A stretch of DNA of 64,000 nucleotides from the NCBI GenBank assembly GCA_951406725.2, contig OX597816.1:78120001-78184000 (forward strand). The letters run 5' to 3'. This stretch comes from Octopus vulgaris. Lineage: Eukaryota. The position numbers and the translations under genes are program-made. Under the pieces are notes generated by a model that saw nothing but the letters and a program-made list of their open reading frames with translations, had not been told where the DNA came from and did no database searches. Below are positions 1 through 14,149 of this stretch, one piece after another. Every line of letters starts with the position of its first letter. Position 1 is the first letter of the stretch.

Positions 1-56
1 TAATGAAGGGTTAAGAGAAAAATGAGAAAATAATAAGCCAACAAGTTTCCACTTAC

Positions 57-150
57 ATCATTGCCATGACATTTTAGTAATTCCATTTCATCTGCAGTAA
101 AGCTTGCCATTGATATAGATTTCACTCTGTGGGGAGGGTTTAATCCACGC
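57..150 (-). CDS. AGFG1: AGFG1-like coding exon 2 (94 nt)
   Basis: Acceptor TGTTTTACAG|G. The first G completes CTG (Leu) from exon 1, then RGLNPPHRVKSISMASFTADEMELLKCHGND, followed by a GTAAGT donor. This continues the ArfGAP domain, including the catalytic Arg. Not in the ORF track. Confidence 0.95.
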
Positions 151-948
151 CTGTAAAACAATTAGTTACTTTTTTAAAACAACATCTAATTTAAAAACAT
201 CCATTACAGATTAATATTTTACTAAAGATTCTATCAAACGACTGTTAAAAAGAATATAAGAACATTTGTCCAATCTTTATTAATATCTGAAAGAAATATA
301 ATACACATTTAAGAAATAGGTACGTTTATGTGAGAAAGGGATAAAACTGAAGAAGCCACAAATAAAATAAGGCAGAGGAAGAAAAGAAAAAAAATTTAAA
401 TATCAGATATTAGACAAATTCTTATACATTGAATAAAGAAGCTCAAGCACATGTCAAATTAACCCATGGCTTAATAGCAATTACATGATAGATACAGAAC
501 CCTAATTTCAGGATATAATCTGTAAATTCTACCCTTAACAAGCAAATTTTAACACTTTAAAAAAACTATAACTATGGTATGTATGTCATTGTCATTATCA
601 CTATTTTACATCCACAACATGAGTGAGACACGTTACTACTGTCATATTTAAAGTTACTGCTCTCCTAGACAGGCCCTAATGCCAACTACATTACATAGTG
701 TACTGGGTTCATTTTATCAAAGCACCAACATTGCATGGTTTGTATATTCTTAGTACCACTTGATCATTAACCATTTTACAGAGTGTACAGAGAGCATTTG
801 TCTGTGGCACTAGCACTATTGAGATTGCCTTGTACCTATAAGACTAAAGAATTCTCATCACCCCATGAGGTCTCCATTCATTTAGAGCAATGCAATCAAG
901 AAAATAAATAGTAGAGAGGGCAATGACGAATGGCATGTATGTACGTGC

Positions 949-1002
<54 letters not shown>

Positions 1003-1007
1003 ATGTA

Positions 1008-1225
1008 CAATAATACCTTGCCATATCGCGGTTCACCTATTGTGGCTTATTACTTAAGCTTACATCAATTCCTCTGTGGCGTTGTTTTGCATTTATAATA
1101 AAATAAATATATACAAATTATAAAAACAAAAAAATATACATTACAGTACTGTTTCTACTTCGTGGATTTTCACCTATTGCGGGAGGTTTTGAAACGTAAC
1201 ACCCACAATAGTCAAGGGATTACTG
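1008..1225. mobile_element. Tigger/pogo-like MITE
   Basis: TA|CAATAATACCTTG...CAAGGGATTACTG|TA imperfect TIRs with TA flanks; no ORF. Confidence 0.65.
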
Positions 1226-4116
1226 TATATGAATCCATGAAAGGAAGAGTTGAAGGACTTAGAGAATAGTGTGAGGTATAAGGATAGCAGTGCACAATGC
1301 TTCCAGTAGAACTCAGACATCATAAGTTTATTGCTAAATCTACTATGCCCGTCATTATTGACATTGGACTTAAGAACAGCACAGCAGTGATTTGTGAACT
1401 AGAGAGAAGTGGAAAATATATTAATATGGCAAACACATGTAAGAGAAATACCATAGCTGAGGACAAAAAAACTAATCCTCAGTGAGATTAAAACAAAATA
1501 GTTACTGTAAAGTTGGAACGGCTACAGCTGCGTCTAGTTTGGTGTGGTGGCTGCAGGGATGATGACAAGAAAAAGTGTGCCACAGTATGGGCCAAAAAGC
1601 CTGGGCATTCCCTAGTAGCATGCTGCCAAAATTAAAGAGATCTCTAGTTGACAACTGAGAAAATTAACACACACACAAATACACACAGGTATGCATGATT
1701 ACAGACATAGACATGTTGCATGTCTATATAATCATGCATGGTATGCGTCCACTCAGAATCTCACAAGTAGGGTGTCCTGCAGAAAAACTAAGGCCAGATT
1801 TGGAATCAATAAATAAATTGAAATAAACAAACAAAACAAATACCATTTTCATCCATTGGGTCTCAGAAGATTCTCTACTTCTTTAAAATTCACTTCTAAT
1901 TATTCAAGATATTGAGGTGAAATTTGATATACTATTCAATAATACTTTACTGATAATTTAATAAGTTTTATTAGCCTTGTAGCTGTTCAATTACAGGAGG
2001 TGCATAATTTAGGGTTTGAGAACAGAACATTTTTGAGGTGGGGTACAGGGTTTCAAAAATCTTTAGTGTTTATTAGGAACAGAAATTTTTTTAGGAAGAA
2101 AAGAATTTTCATGAAGATTAGGAAATTATTATAGGGGCCAGAAGATTTTTAAATTTTAATTTTAAATTTGTTTTAAGAAATAATTACATTGATATTGATA
2201 ATATAAATAAAATTATCGATTTGTTTGAATATTTATATTTTATACTAATTTATGCAAAAGTTTTACTGTTTTTATAAAATTAAATCAATATCAAATGAGA
2301 TACTTTTCCATTATTTTTTCTAGCATAAATATTCTTTTATTCTCATTGCATGACTTACTTTGCTTCATAAAAAACATTCTATGACTTTATTTATAAAGCA
2401 AATCAAGTCTGTGTAAAGTTAGTTTTAATTTTAAACCTATAAAATGATGAGCAATTTACCAATGTTAAATAATTTTTTCAATTTTCAGTTTCTGTATCTT
2501 CTTCAGTATAAAATAATCATGTGTTTGTATCTGTATTCATGATTATGTTTCTGCTCAAAAACTTGACAACATGTTGCCATACAGAAAAATTAGGGCCAAA
2601 TTTAGAATTAGAAAATCAGATAAAACAAACTAGACTCCATGCTGACAACTATCCAAATCTTCATGATAACTGAAACAAAATTCCTTTAACAAAACCTAAC
2701 AGAAGACTAATGTGAAGTTTGCAATGGAGTTAAAGAGAATGTTCTGCATAGCAACCACAACAGTAACATCACACTTTTTTGGATGTGTCTGATTGTTCAG
2801 GAAAGAGCTACATAGTTAACAGTTCTTAAATGTTTACTCAACAGGTTAAACTGTCCTAGCTACAGCATCTTCAGGTATCACAATAACACTACTTCAGGGA
2901 AGGCAAACAACATAGCACATTCAAGATTCCACTCAACAATTGCCCATGAGACCAACCAACAATAACAGATCACAGGTTCTAATTTTCAGACTCAGCAAAA
3001 TAATAATTTGCTTAAACTACTGTGAAAAATAGTATTTAAATTATTTTAAATGTTCAGGAAAAATCAAATAGTTAAAATATGTTTGATAAACTATAATAAT
3101 GGATTGTATTTATAACAATTTTTATTTCTAACATTAGCATATTACATATGTACATGCATGTGTGTGTAAGACTATTTAATTAAAGCAACCTCAATATTTT
3201 AATTGGTATTTATTTAGCTGTTCAGATTAGTTTCAAAGAAACCATATCTAGCTTCATTACAATCATATTCCCAACACTAGCGGTAAACAAGCCAAGACAG
3301 AATCACAAATATATGTTTATATTGTTTACTGCAAAACGCTTAGCAATCCCATCTAGGTTCTCCCCTTTTACTAACTTTGACCTTACTTTGTATGTCTGCA
3401 TAAAAACACTTTTTACCTTTCATACCAACCAGTTGGTTGTAACCATACAAGAGCACTATCATCAAAATATCTGCTAAAAACTGAACCCAAATCACTTGAG
3501 TGAAAGCCAGAAATAAGGTTAGAAAATATAAACTTATTTTCAGTTCAGTCCTGATTTACTCATTACTAAAGGAGAAACAATATAAATTCTATATTTATAA
3601 TAAAGAGCACACCTTTGGTTACATGTAAGTAAGATTTGTAGGCAGAAAAATTTGCTGAAAAGCAATATAGGTTTTACCTCTAAAAATAGAAGCTAGTTTT
3701 AAAAGCAAATATGTTTTTCTAGACATCATAAGACCAGTTTTGTAGGATACATTGTAGGTATGATGTTAAAAGCAGTCATGAAGTTTCATTTTTAATGAGT
3801 GAAATAAAGTGTTGCCTCTAGATTTAACATATTGTTTTCCATTCTTACATGAAATTCACATTGTCACCTTAACATAACTCCTCCAACTGGCTATCAAGTT
3901 TATAGGTCAACTGTATGTCATTCCTGACATAGCAAGTCCTAGTCTTTCAGAGTAATATAACTCAAATATCTTTAATATAACTAAATATCATGAAAACAAG
4001 TATTTTCTACAAATTAATTTTTGTGGTAAAAGAAAGAGGTTTCAATGCTGAATTTAACATAAATTACTCCTACTTGATTAATCACAATATATATATATAT
4101 TTCTAAATTCGGACTG

Positions 4117-4165
<49 letters not shown>

Positions 4166-6252
4166 AATCCTTCTGAAAATACTTCTTTGGCAAGTTGATT
4201 TTTCTTTCAATACAAAGTAATGACAATGTACACACACACACATTTCAGTATCCAAGCATTATAAACAAATCCTCAGTCTTCATTAATTTGCTACCAAGCA
4301 AAGCAACTGAAATATTTTTTAAAATCCATAATAATAAAAATAATTTTGCAATATAATTTAAAAATCAATTATTTCCTTTATTTAGAAATATAGAGTAATA
4401 AAAATTTAGAACATAAATTAAGAACAATCCTCTACAAAATCTGTAATTTATAAAGAGACAAAGTCTTTGTGCTTTGTTAAGTGGACATGTGACAAGGACA
4501 TAAATACAAGTCTACATTTTTGTTATAACTGCTATCCAAACCTGTAATTAAAGCAACAGAATAGAAATATGTTCAAGTGAGAAGTGCTTATATTTAAGTG
4601 TAATAGTAATACTTATAACAAATAAAGTGGAGTATTTTGTTGACTTTGAAAACCACCTTATATATATGTGTGTGTGTGTGTGTGTATAGACACATATTCT
4701 GGAGTGGTTTCAATGAAGGAGCAAATAAGACTGCTTTTACATGACTAACTTTCACATAAACTACTGATAGTTGAAATATACCTATTAAACAGTATCCCAA
4801 AATTATATCGAGAGGTCAAGCATATGTTAAGTGTTTTCTAAGTGGAGAAACGCTTGGTAAAATCTGAGTAAAGATACTAAGTCTAAATCTTGAAATGTTT
4901 ATATTAACGCAACATTGTAACCTTTATCCAAAAAGAGCCAACATCTATCTTTCCACTCTAAAACAAAACTTAAATGATGATAAATGATAATGCCTACACA
5001 ATACCACATTTTCAGACATCTTAATCTGTATCAATTCATCTGTAATGTATATTATTGTAAGACTTGACCCATTTGTCACAAATCCACCATCCCCATCCTT
5101 GCTATTGCTACCCTCAATTTTTCATTTAAAATGCATCATTTACACACATTATCTGTCAATACTAACACTATCAACTTTTGCATACACTAATCAATAATTC
5201 CAATATCCAGTTGTTTATTCAACACAATATGTACATATATGCAATACATATTAATTATCTACCATACAAATTACTGCTTGTATGAACTCTAATAAAAAAC
5301 CAACTGCAATCTCACATTATAATTAATAACTATATATCTGTCCTACATAAGAAAAACTGATGTAAAAACACTTAAATATATAATTATTAAAACTACCTGT
5401 AAAAAATAAGTATAAAACTAGCCACTTTTGCAGACAACAATAAAGAAAAAATGATATGCCATGTAGTAGATCTAGGTGAAAGCAACAAAGTAAATCTTAG
5501 CTATACCAGAACTTCAACATCAAATTCTACCCTTTTTTAAAAAAAACATAGGTCAGAATGAAGAAGTTGATCATCATCCATGACGATGATCATGTTATTG
5601 ACAAAGTATGTAATATTTCTCTTCAGTACAGCGCATGGAAAAGGTATAAAATCTGCAGACAAAATATGAACAGAGTAATAAAAATTGTGATGCTCAGAAT
5701 ATACTTTTCTCTTAGTAACTGTGACTGGCTGGGAATCAGTGACTAAATGCAGCAATATATTTTTCTTCCTTATTGTTTTACATCTTTCATTTTTCTTAGA
5801 AGCAAAATAAGAAATTTTAAGATTTTGACAGTTAGAAGCCCTTCCTGAAGTTACCTGCTCAACCATGAAATAATAGTAACACCTATATTTTAGCCAAGTT
5901 AATTAAGGATTATCAATGTCTCTGTTTAAGGATATAGCAGCATGGCCACGACAAAGTGTGAACTAATCTCAGCGTTATTTCTTTCTCATTTTGCAAACAT
6001 TTTGCCTCTTATAGTGTAACAGTGAAACATTTTCTAAATATGCAAAGCCCTGCATGAAGCAAGTTTATCCCACAATAGGTACGTACTGTGCAGCCAATAA
6101 AAAAGATTACAAGAGAGAATACTGAATAATCTATATAAACTAATGATTTTGATGATAACTCAAATGACATTGGTAAAAAGTTAATCCTACTGTTAAGAGA
6201 CACAAATTCAATGTATGCAATCCATTTTTCAGACACAGGATATATATATATA

Positions 6253-6392
6253 TCATCATCATCCTCATTTAACGTCCGCTTTCCATGCTAGCATGGGTTG
6301 GACGGTTCAACTGGAGTCTGGGGAGCCCAAAGGCTGCACCAGGCCAGTCAGATCTGGCAGTGTTTCTACAGCTGGATGCCCTTCCTAACGCC
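6253..6392 (-). mobile_element. RTE 3' tail fragment with (GAT)n end
   Basis: Reverse complement of the GGCGTTAGGAAGGGCATCCAGC...CCCATGCTAGCATGGAAAGCGGACGTTAAATGA tail seen at 23140-23284. Confidence 0.85.
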
Positions 6393-6449
6393 ATATGTAT
6401 ATGAATATTTGTATATGCATGTGTATGCATGCATGCGTATGTGTGTATA

Positions 6450-6484
<35 letters not shown>

Positions 6485-6579
6485 GCATGCGTACGGGTTT
6501 AAATACACATTATTAAATATAATAATGCATACACACACACACATATGTACATGCGTGTATCGATATACACTTCTTTCTT

Positions 6580-7320
6580 TCCTCTACCCACACTATCACA
6601 ATAGTCAGTAGAATAAACTCATAAGTCTTATAGAAACTTGACCATTCTTGCTATTCTTCCTTTCCAATTTGTGGTTTACTATTCACTTAAAAAAAAACCT
6701 TGGTATACCTTTTTCTGTGCCCATTCTAACATATCACCCCACCTCACACATATTTATTACTTACATTCTTATCTCTTCCTACCCCTCCCCTACTCCTCTC
6801 CCATCTGCCTTCATATCTTGACCACCAACACTCCTTTTTTCACTTTCTCTTCCTTTCCTTTTCTCACCTTTTCCTTTGACCTTTCCATATTAACATACAC
6901 ATCTCTTCTCTCCCCTCTATCCACTTAATACTACCAATACATTCTCAAATTTTCATTCACACCACAAGACTCCTTTGAAGGAACAACTCATAGAATCTAT
7001 GTCTCCACACTTTCCATTTGTGATGACAAAATATGAACTCCTATTGGAATTTACACACCACGGACAGGAAGCATTTCTACCACTTCTACGCACCACTTTC
7101 TTGTATAATGGAACTGCAACTATAACATTTTTATACACTTTTATTTTTATTTCTACATTCATTCTATTTCCCTTTATATTCCTTATTTGCTTCCTCTTCC
7201 AAAATAACTCCTCATACAGCACTCTAATCCCTAATATCCCAGAAACAGCTGTAAGACAAACTTTCTCTTTATAAAAGTCCTGAAAATCCCATGCAGCCTT
7301 GGTTTTGTTGTCTCATTTTA
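6580..7320 (+). mobile_element. Possible decayed Penelope-like 3' region with partial hammerhead
   Basis: GAAAC-AGCT-GTA at ~7242-7253 (palindromic stem III plus cleavage triplet); the CUGANGA half is not recognisable. Confidence 0.3.
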
Positions 7321-7350
7321 TTTAACACACACACACACACACACACATAT

Positions 7351-7566
7351 ATCATCATCATCATTTAGCGTCCGCTTTCCATGCTAGCATGGGTTGGACA
7401 GCCAGAAGGCTGCATCAGACCCAGTCTGATCTGGCAGTGTTTCTAAGGCAGGATGCCCTTCCTAACGCCAACCAGTCCATGAGTGTAGTAGGTGCTTTTT
7501 ACGTGCCACCCGCACAGGTGCCAGATGGGGCTGGCAAACGGCCACGGACGGATGGTGCTTTTTACG

Positions 7567-7568
<2 letters not shown>
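7351..7568 (-). mobile_element. RTE 3' tail fragment
   Basis: Highly similar to the reverse complement of 23050-23284; (CAT)n at the left end. Confidence 0.85.
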
Positions 7569-7597
<29 letters not shown>

Positions 7598-8134
7598 GCT
7601 ATTGTTTAATGTCTACTTTTCCAAGCCTGCTTGATGGCAGACAAGGGTATAATGGGGCAGAGTTTTCTATAGTTGGATCCCTTTCGAAGTGATGTAATAA
7701 GTTTATAAAGTGACAAACAGATCAGACATGTTTACACATAAATTATTCTTCATTTTAGGGTACTTACCAAATACTGAACTGGATTTTAATATTATGACCT
7801 GAAATACTCCAGTAATATAAAAGGTATGATGAAAATGCTAAGAATTTTGAATAAATTTTAACAAATTTGCAGCTATATTTGTAAGTTCATGAGTGAAAAC
7901 TTAAATGGAATTTAGGGATAAAATGGGATGCTTTTGAGATAAATTAATTTGATCAAAGTTTACTATTTCCCACCATATATAAAGATAAGTCTATTGGAGA
8001 AAAACATTCCAAAATATAAGTTTGATATTTCCGGAATTGTCTTATCACTATATCTGTTTAAATACAAGGATCATACAACCTTACTTTTTTTTAGTAATTA
8101 GTAAGAAGAGAAAGGTCAGTGCCCACGAACTCTA

Positions 8135-9330
8135 CAAGGGTGGGCTGACTATGAAAGAGTGATACTAGAGCTGCAAAATCTTGCATGCATTAATTTCAAT
8201 GCTTCTTATAAACAAACTGACATGTCACTGTTCAAAGAACACTTCAAAAGTAACTAGTAGCGGCTTCTCTTGAAAATGGACAAAATTTGGCATTGTGCTG
8301 TTATCAAGTACCTGCATTCAATGACATGGTTGCTACATTAGGTGACACTCCAGCTTAAAATGGTGCAAAAGTGAGCAGCTGAATTTAGGAGGAGAATGAA
8401 GAGTCTTGAAGATGACCCAAAGTCAGAATGTCCTGCAACAGCCAACACCAAGGAAAACATTGTGTTCACTTCATGATGATGGATGACAAGCAATTGACTA
8501 TAAATCAAACAGCCAATGCTATTAGCATACCCCATAAGAGAGTTGAGAATATTCTGCACAATGAACTTGGTATGACAAAGGTTTCTGTTTGGTGGGTGAA
8601 ACGTGTAATATCTGATCAAAAGTACACCAAGTTGATCACATCATGGAAAATTTTGACATTGCTTGAGGCAGATCCAGCTGGTTTCTTTGAACATTTTCTA
8701 ACCCTGGATGAATGTTGGCTTCATCACTGAGCAAGAGACAATGTATGATGGAAAAACCACTCCTCACCTGCTCCAAAGAAGACCATGGTCGTTTCATCTG
8801 CAGGGAAGGTGACGACCTTGGTTTTTAGGGTTGCAATAGATATGTTTATTGACTATCTTCAAAAGGGCCATGCCATCAATGGAAAGTACTAAGACAACTT
8901 GCTGAGACAGTTACAAAAGGCTATCAAAGCCAAACGCCCAGGAAAACTGACAAAAGGAGTCTTATTTCATCAAAACAATTCTCAAGCACAAAAGTTCTTG
9001 GTTTCAATGGCTGGTGTGCGTGACTGTGAACTGGTTTATCACCCTCCCTATTCTCCTGATTTGGCCCCCATTTAACTATCATCTGTTCCCCAACATGAAA
9101 AAACACTTGGCTGGGAACCAGTTTGGCAGTAATGATGATGTCGTATTTACTGTTGATGACATTTTTGACCAACAGGCTGAAAGATTCTTCACAAATGGGA
9201 TCTAAGCACTGCAACACCAATGGAAGAAGTATATTGGCCACAAGGAGGGCTATGTTGAAAAATAAACCTTAGTTGATCACATTCCATGAGATTATCTTGA
9301 TCAGCCTATAAACTTTTCAGCTGACCCTCA
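8135..9330 (+). mobile_element. Decayed mariner-type transposon
   Basis: TA flanks and imperfect TIRs (CAAGGGTGGGCTGA / TCAGCTGACCCTCA). Broken frames contain ILHNELGMTKVS.WWV, FLTLDECWLHH, HPPYSPDL-like and LFPNMKKHLAG. Confidence 0.85.
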
Positions 9331-9899
9331 TATAGACCATCCTAAACTTATCAGATTGATGCAGTTGATTTTCAGTTTAAAGATTAGTGGAGGAGGGACA
9401 AACAATGAAAGAAATTCACAAGACTACAATTCTGGGGAGGAAAGATTGAAGCATATATGTTTAGTGGGAAGCGTGGGGATGAAGACTGTAAGGATTAGGG
9501 ATGAAAAGGAGAGAAAATGATGTACATGTTCCCATTTTTAAGTTAATCTCTACAGATTCTCAATAGAATTCAGAGCTAAAAACTGAAATTTATGTGTTGT
9601 GTTTAGTATACAATGTGATTGAAGATAAAAAATAGGTAATGGGTGTATATGCACCCATTAATTGTTATTTCTCTTTCATCAGCAACCACATTCAACCCAT
9701 CAACTATCCACAAACGCATCGCTTAAATACCCACTAAGTTTAGTGGTGTAACATTATTAGATAGACCAAGTTATATATTATACACATTCAGTTTAGTAGT
9801 GTAACAACGTAGATATTATGATACTTGCTAATTTAGACAAGTAGTGATAGAAGAGACAGAAAGAAAAGAAACATTTGAGCCAATAATTGTAGCAACAGG

Positions 9900-11330
9900 T
9901 GACACATAGTTGATTAGTTGTATAGACTTCCTTGTATGTGGGATGTTAGTGTGAATAGAGACAGCAATCTAGCAGATACATGAACAGAATTCCAACAGGA
10001 GTAGCTACACTTAAATTTTAAAGCACATTGATGAGGACCAAAGTATTTAATGGCTCTGAAAAGGAAGCCTAATCTTTTGAATACAATGTTTTTAAGTCAG
10101 ATTTTAAAGTCAAACAGCTCTTATAACTTGGAGAGCTTTAGTTAAATGTTGTTCATATATAAGAAGGTTGAAGTATAAGACTGTTTCCTTGAAACATGCA
10201 AAGAGATTAAGAAGCAACCATACTGTTGAAGAAGACTAGTTATATCATCTGTACAGAAGTGTATGTTGCTAAAAGTAGATCATTTTGTAAAGGTCTTCCT
10301 TTACAAAATAACCTAGGAGACATAAACTGAACCTTGAAGTAAACATGGGTTGCATACAGCCCAAGCACTGCATCTTGTAATGAAGTAGTCTAACATAAAA
10401 TTTTCAATTCAAAAGATGAGAGAGAGGTGATGTCCAGCTATCATGACCTATAACTGAAGGCTTTCCTGATATCAATAGCATCAAGGCTGCTTTTGCTGAT
10501 CTTCTCAAGGGCAAAAAGCTAATGACGAGTAACACAGGAGAACAAATTTCCATTAAGTCTTTATAGTAGCCACACTGGTACTCACTTTAAATGACAAGAG
10601 ATACAGATGAGTCATCATGTCTGTTTCATCACCATTGAAATGATGGTAGTAGTACTTTTTAGGAGTGGGGCAGACACATCATTGCATGTTTCTATAGATA
10701 GACATTTACGCAAAAAGATTAAAATGTTTGGAGGATAGATCATTGTGAGACACACTATTATAGGATAATTATTGCATTCTTGTCAAGAGTGGTTTGCCTT
10801 ACTGGGTTAAAATAAACAGAGAATACTATGAGGATACAAACCATTTAGTAATTGAAGCACTGAGACAGAAGTGCAAACAATCACAGAAACCTTTGATTTG
10901 ATAATTAAACTTACCAAAACCAAAATTCTTCAGAAACAACCATTTTTACTTCCAAAACCTCTTAATTTTTATCAATTGTTTTTAGAAGTAGAGCACTTAA
11001 AAACTGAAGGCCAACATTCACTGCTACTGGGCAAAGTAAAACAGAGTATCCCCTTCCCAATTATCTCTCGCTATTATTTATCAAGCTCTTCATCTTGTGT
11101 AAGTGTGAAACAAACAATTTGTTTGGCAGATGATCTGAAAACAGTAGTGATTATCAATTCATGCTTCTAGTACATCTTTCATGCATACCAAATACTGAAG
11201 GTGATCAATCATGAAAATTTTAACGAGATACCTGCCAGTTCAATCATGCAAAATGAAGTTCACTTTCTTTGCAATCTCACCCTAAAAAATGCTTTCTTGA
11301 ATGGATAACAAAATGACATGGAGATTAAAT
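9900..11330 (-). mobile_element. Highly decayed CR1/L2/Jockey-type LINE remnant
   Basis: Minus-strand AIDIRKAF (RT motif LD..KAFD) near 10460-10480; otherwise degenerate, boundaries approximate. Confidence 0.4.
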
Positions 11331-11727
11331 GAACATAACGACCATAACTTAAAAGCTTTATGTGTTTACATATCAAACTTTAAATTATAAGGAATCAAAT
11401 TTAGACTGATCACCTATAACATGCAATTATGAACTTATTGCTGTAATGAACTTCTTTGGAAGAAGCTGGATCAATGTCTATCTGAAAGATGCTATACTAA
11501 AATCAAAACTGCAAGAAAAAAAAAAAACTGAATAACAGATAGCCCAATATAGTACAAAGTTTATTAAACATTCAAAGATAGACTAAGATTGTGATTAGCT
11601 GCCTTTATTGTTAATGATATTAATCATCATAAACACAAACTGGACTTTTTATCTGTTGTAGTTTTGTGAAGATAAAATACTGAAGATAAAATAAGTTTTA
11701 GATAGTCACACAGTTACATCAAATTTA

Positions 11728-12003
11728 CATCATCATCATCGTTTAACGTCTGCTTTGGACAGTTTGACTGAGGACTGATGAGCCAGAGGCTGCATCAGGC
11801 TCAATCTGGTCTGGCAAAATTTCTACAGCTAGATGCTCTTCCTAACGCCAACAACTCCAAGAGTGTAGTGGGTGCTTTTTATGTGCCACCAGCACAAGGG
11901 CCAGTCAGGCGGTTCTGGCAACGATCATGCTCAAAAGGTGTTTTTACGTGCTACCTGCATGTGAGCCAGTCCAGTGGCACTGGCAACGACCATGCTCAAA
12001 TGT
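11728..12003 (-). mobile_element. RTE 3' tail fragment with hairpin-array units
   Basis: (CAT)n plus tail plus GGTGCTTTTTATGTGCCAC units. Confidence 0.8.
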
Positions 12004-14149
12004 TGTAACTTTGGTTTGGGGTTTTCTGGTTGCTTGAGGTAATGTTTAGACAAAATGAAATGATGGGCACAGCTGACTAGAAACAGAACCTGTTTTGGAG
12101 ACCGTACTTTTAGGCATCAGAAGTAAACACAGCACATACTCACACATACATGCAGAAATATACATATAAAGAGTGAGAGAAAGGGACAGGAAGAGATATT
12201 ACAATTTATTAATCAAACACAACCGATATTAACACTTTCCCCTCTCCTCATATATATAGAGAGGTGGGGAGACAATAAGAGAAACATTAAACTATTTGAT
12301 GTTAGTATTAAATCAGTGATACCAAGTATATGGGCCCAAAGTAGCCTATACCAAAACATCTCATGCCCATACTTTAACATGGTTGGATACAGCTAATCTG
12401 AACAAACTCCATGATTTTTATCGCAGCCAGATTTAGTAAATCTGAATGCTAAAAAGTTATATAAAGTTAGCAAGTAACAAATAGCATCAGATAGTACCTT
12501 GTGCTTGAAAGTTGTTGATGAAAATAGCAAACATCTACAATGATGAATAACCCAATCTGTAGCTATCGAATTATTTGAATAATCAATTCTATTTTGAATT
12601 TTGATCACAGTAAAAGTAAACCAGTTAACAGTAGCAATTGAGTGGCAAAAAAAACAATGGTTACAAGTATTATTATTAGTTTATTTGTAAATAATTGTTG
12701 CTAATAAATCAAATAAAGAATCATAAATAAATGTGTCAATCATTAATATCAGGGATGTCAGATTAACAATCTAACTGGAGAAAATAAACTAACAACAATT
12801 TACAAGTTAGTAATTAGAAGCAAGCCTCCACAAAAATGGGTAGATAGAATATATAAATACATAAAAAAGTGTACAATATTTCATATTTATTTCCTCTATT
12901 CATTCTTCTGTTTATATCTTCTACTTTTCAATATAACACTTTAGTATTATATTTTCACAAAAAAGGAATGTAGCATCTCAAGTCTCGTCAAAAGTTACCT
13001 TAAGAGTGATCATACTAAAATAATGTAACATAAGACAGAAAACGATCATGAAGACAACCCTTCTGGTACTGGTGGCATAATAGAATATACTCAGAATATA
13101 TTATTAAAGAAATAGGTACTAAGTAGAGTTCTTCAGCTGTAAAAATATGCATCCAATCGATATCAATGGACAATATGATCACAACAACAATAATTATGTA
13201 AATGTGTACTTATGTATCAAATGTTAGCTATAGTTGAGATGAACTAACAGTCAATCAGGTCAGCATGAAATATGTTGACATAATAGATAGTTGTTAGAGA
13301 GACTATTTCTGGCTTTGTAGCTACAATTTACAATGTCTTGAGGGAAATATAATTTGACTTTGCTAATAACAAAGATTTTCTTTCAGTATAACAGACAGTT
13401 GAATGACATAATAGAAGTATGCTCACTGGTTATTCAATATCAAAGTCAGTAGACAGAACTTAAGCAGATGAAAACTGGAGACAGCATGCATTGCTTTGAA
13501 GTAGTGATAATGATGCAGATGGAATGAGTTACAAAAAGTAGTCGTGTAAAAAAATTTTTTAAAAGAGTTGGCTATCAAAAGATTTATAAATTTTCATTTA
13601 CAACAACCTGAAACATACATTTGATTTAAATCATCACCTTAAATCTAGTATTTAGATGAATAAGTGTGGATATTACAGAAATTCACCGACTCCGGACTAT
13701 AATAAAATGTCAAAAATATCTATATTTAAAACACTTGGAAATCCTTATAAATGAAATGAAATAAATTTATAAAGTGCAACCTAATTTATTTTTTAATTAC
13801 TGGTTAAGTTATTTAGGTAACCTATATAATACAGTATTTCCTCAGACTGCATCATCTCTTAGGTCAACATACTTATGATATTAGACAAATATTCAATCAA
13901 TTTTGTTGAAAGCCCACTTTAATTCATTCAGATATTTAATTTTTGATTAAATAATATTAGTTGCAAAGAATTACCATCAAGATTATATTAAAATAAACTT
14001 TTATTTGAATTTACTTATGTAATAAAAAAAACATGTCACTTCGAATTTTATTAAACAGAAAATTTAGTTTGAAAATAAAACAAACATAAGACAATAATAA
14101 ACAAAAAAGCCTATAAGCAAAAAGTAAAATTTATGTCTAAATAGTGTAC

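Noticed and set aside
1690-1740. Short imperfect palindrome ATGCATGATTA...TAATCATGCAT
   Set aside because: Short, low-complexity purine-pyrimidine alternation; no hammerhead core.
4014-7692. ORFs rich in YI/CV/HT repeats
   Set aside because: These are translations of (TA)n and (CA)n microsatellites.
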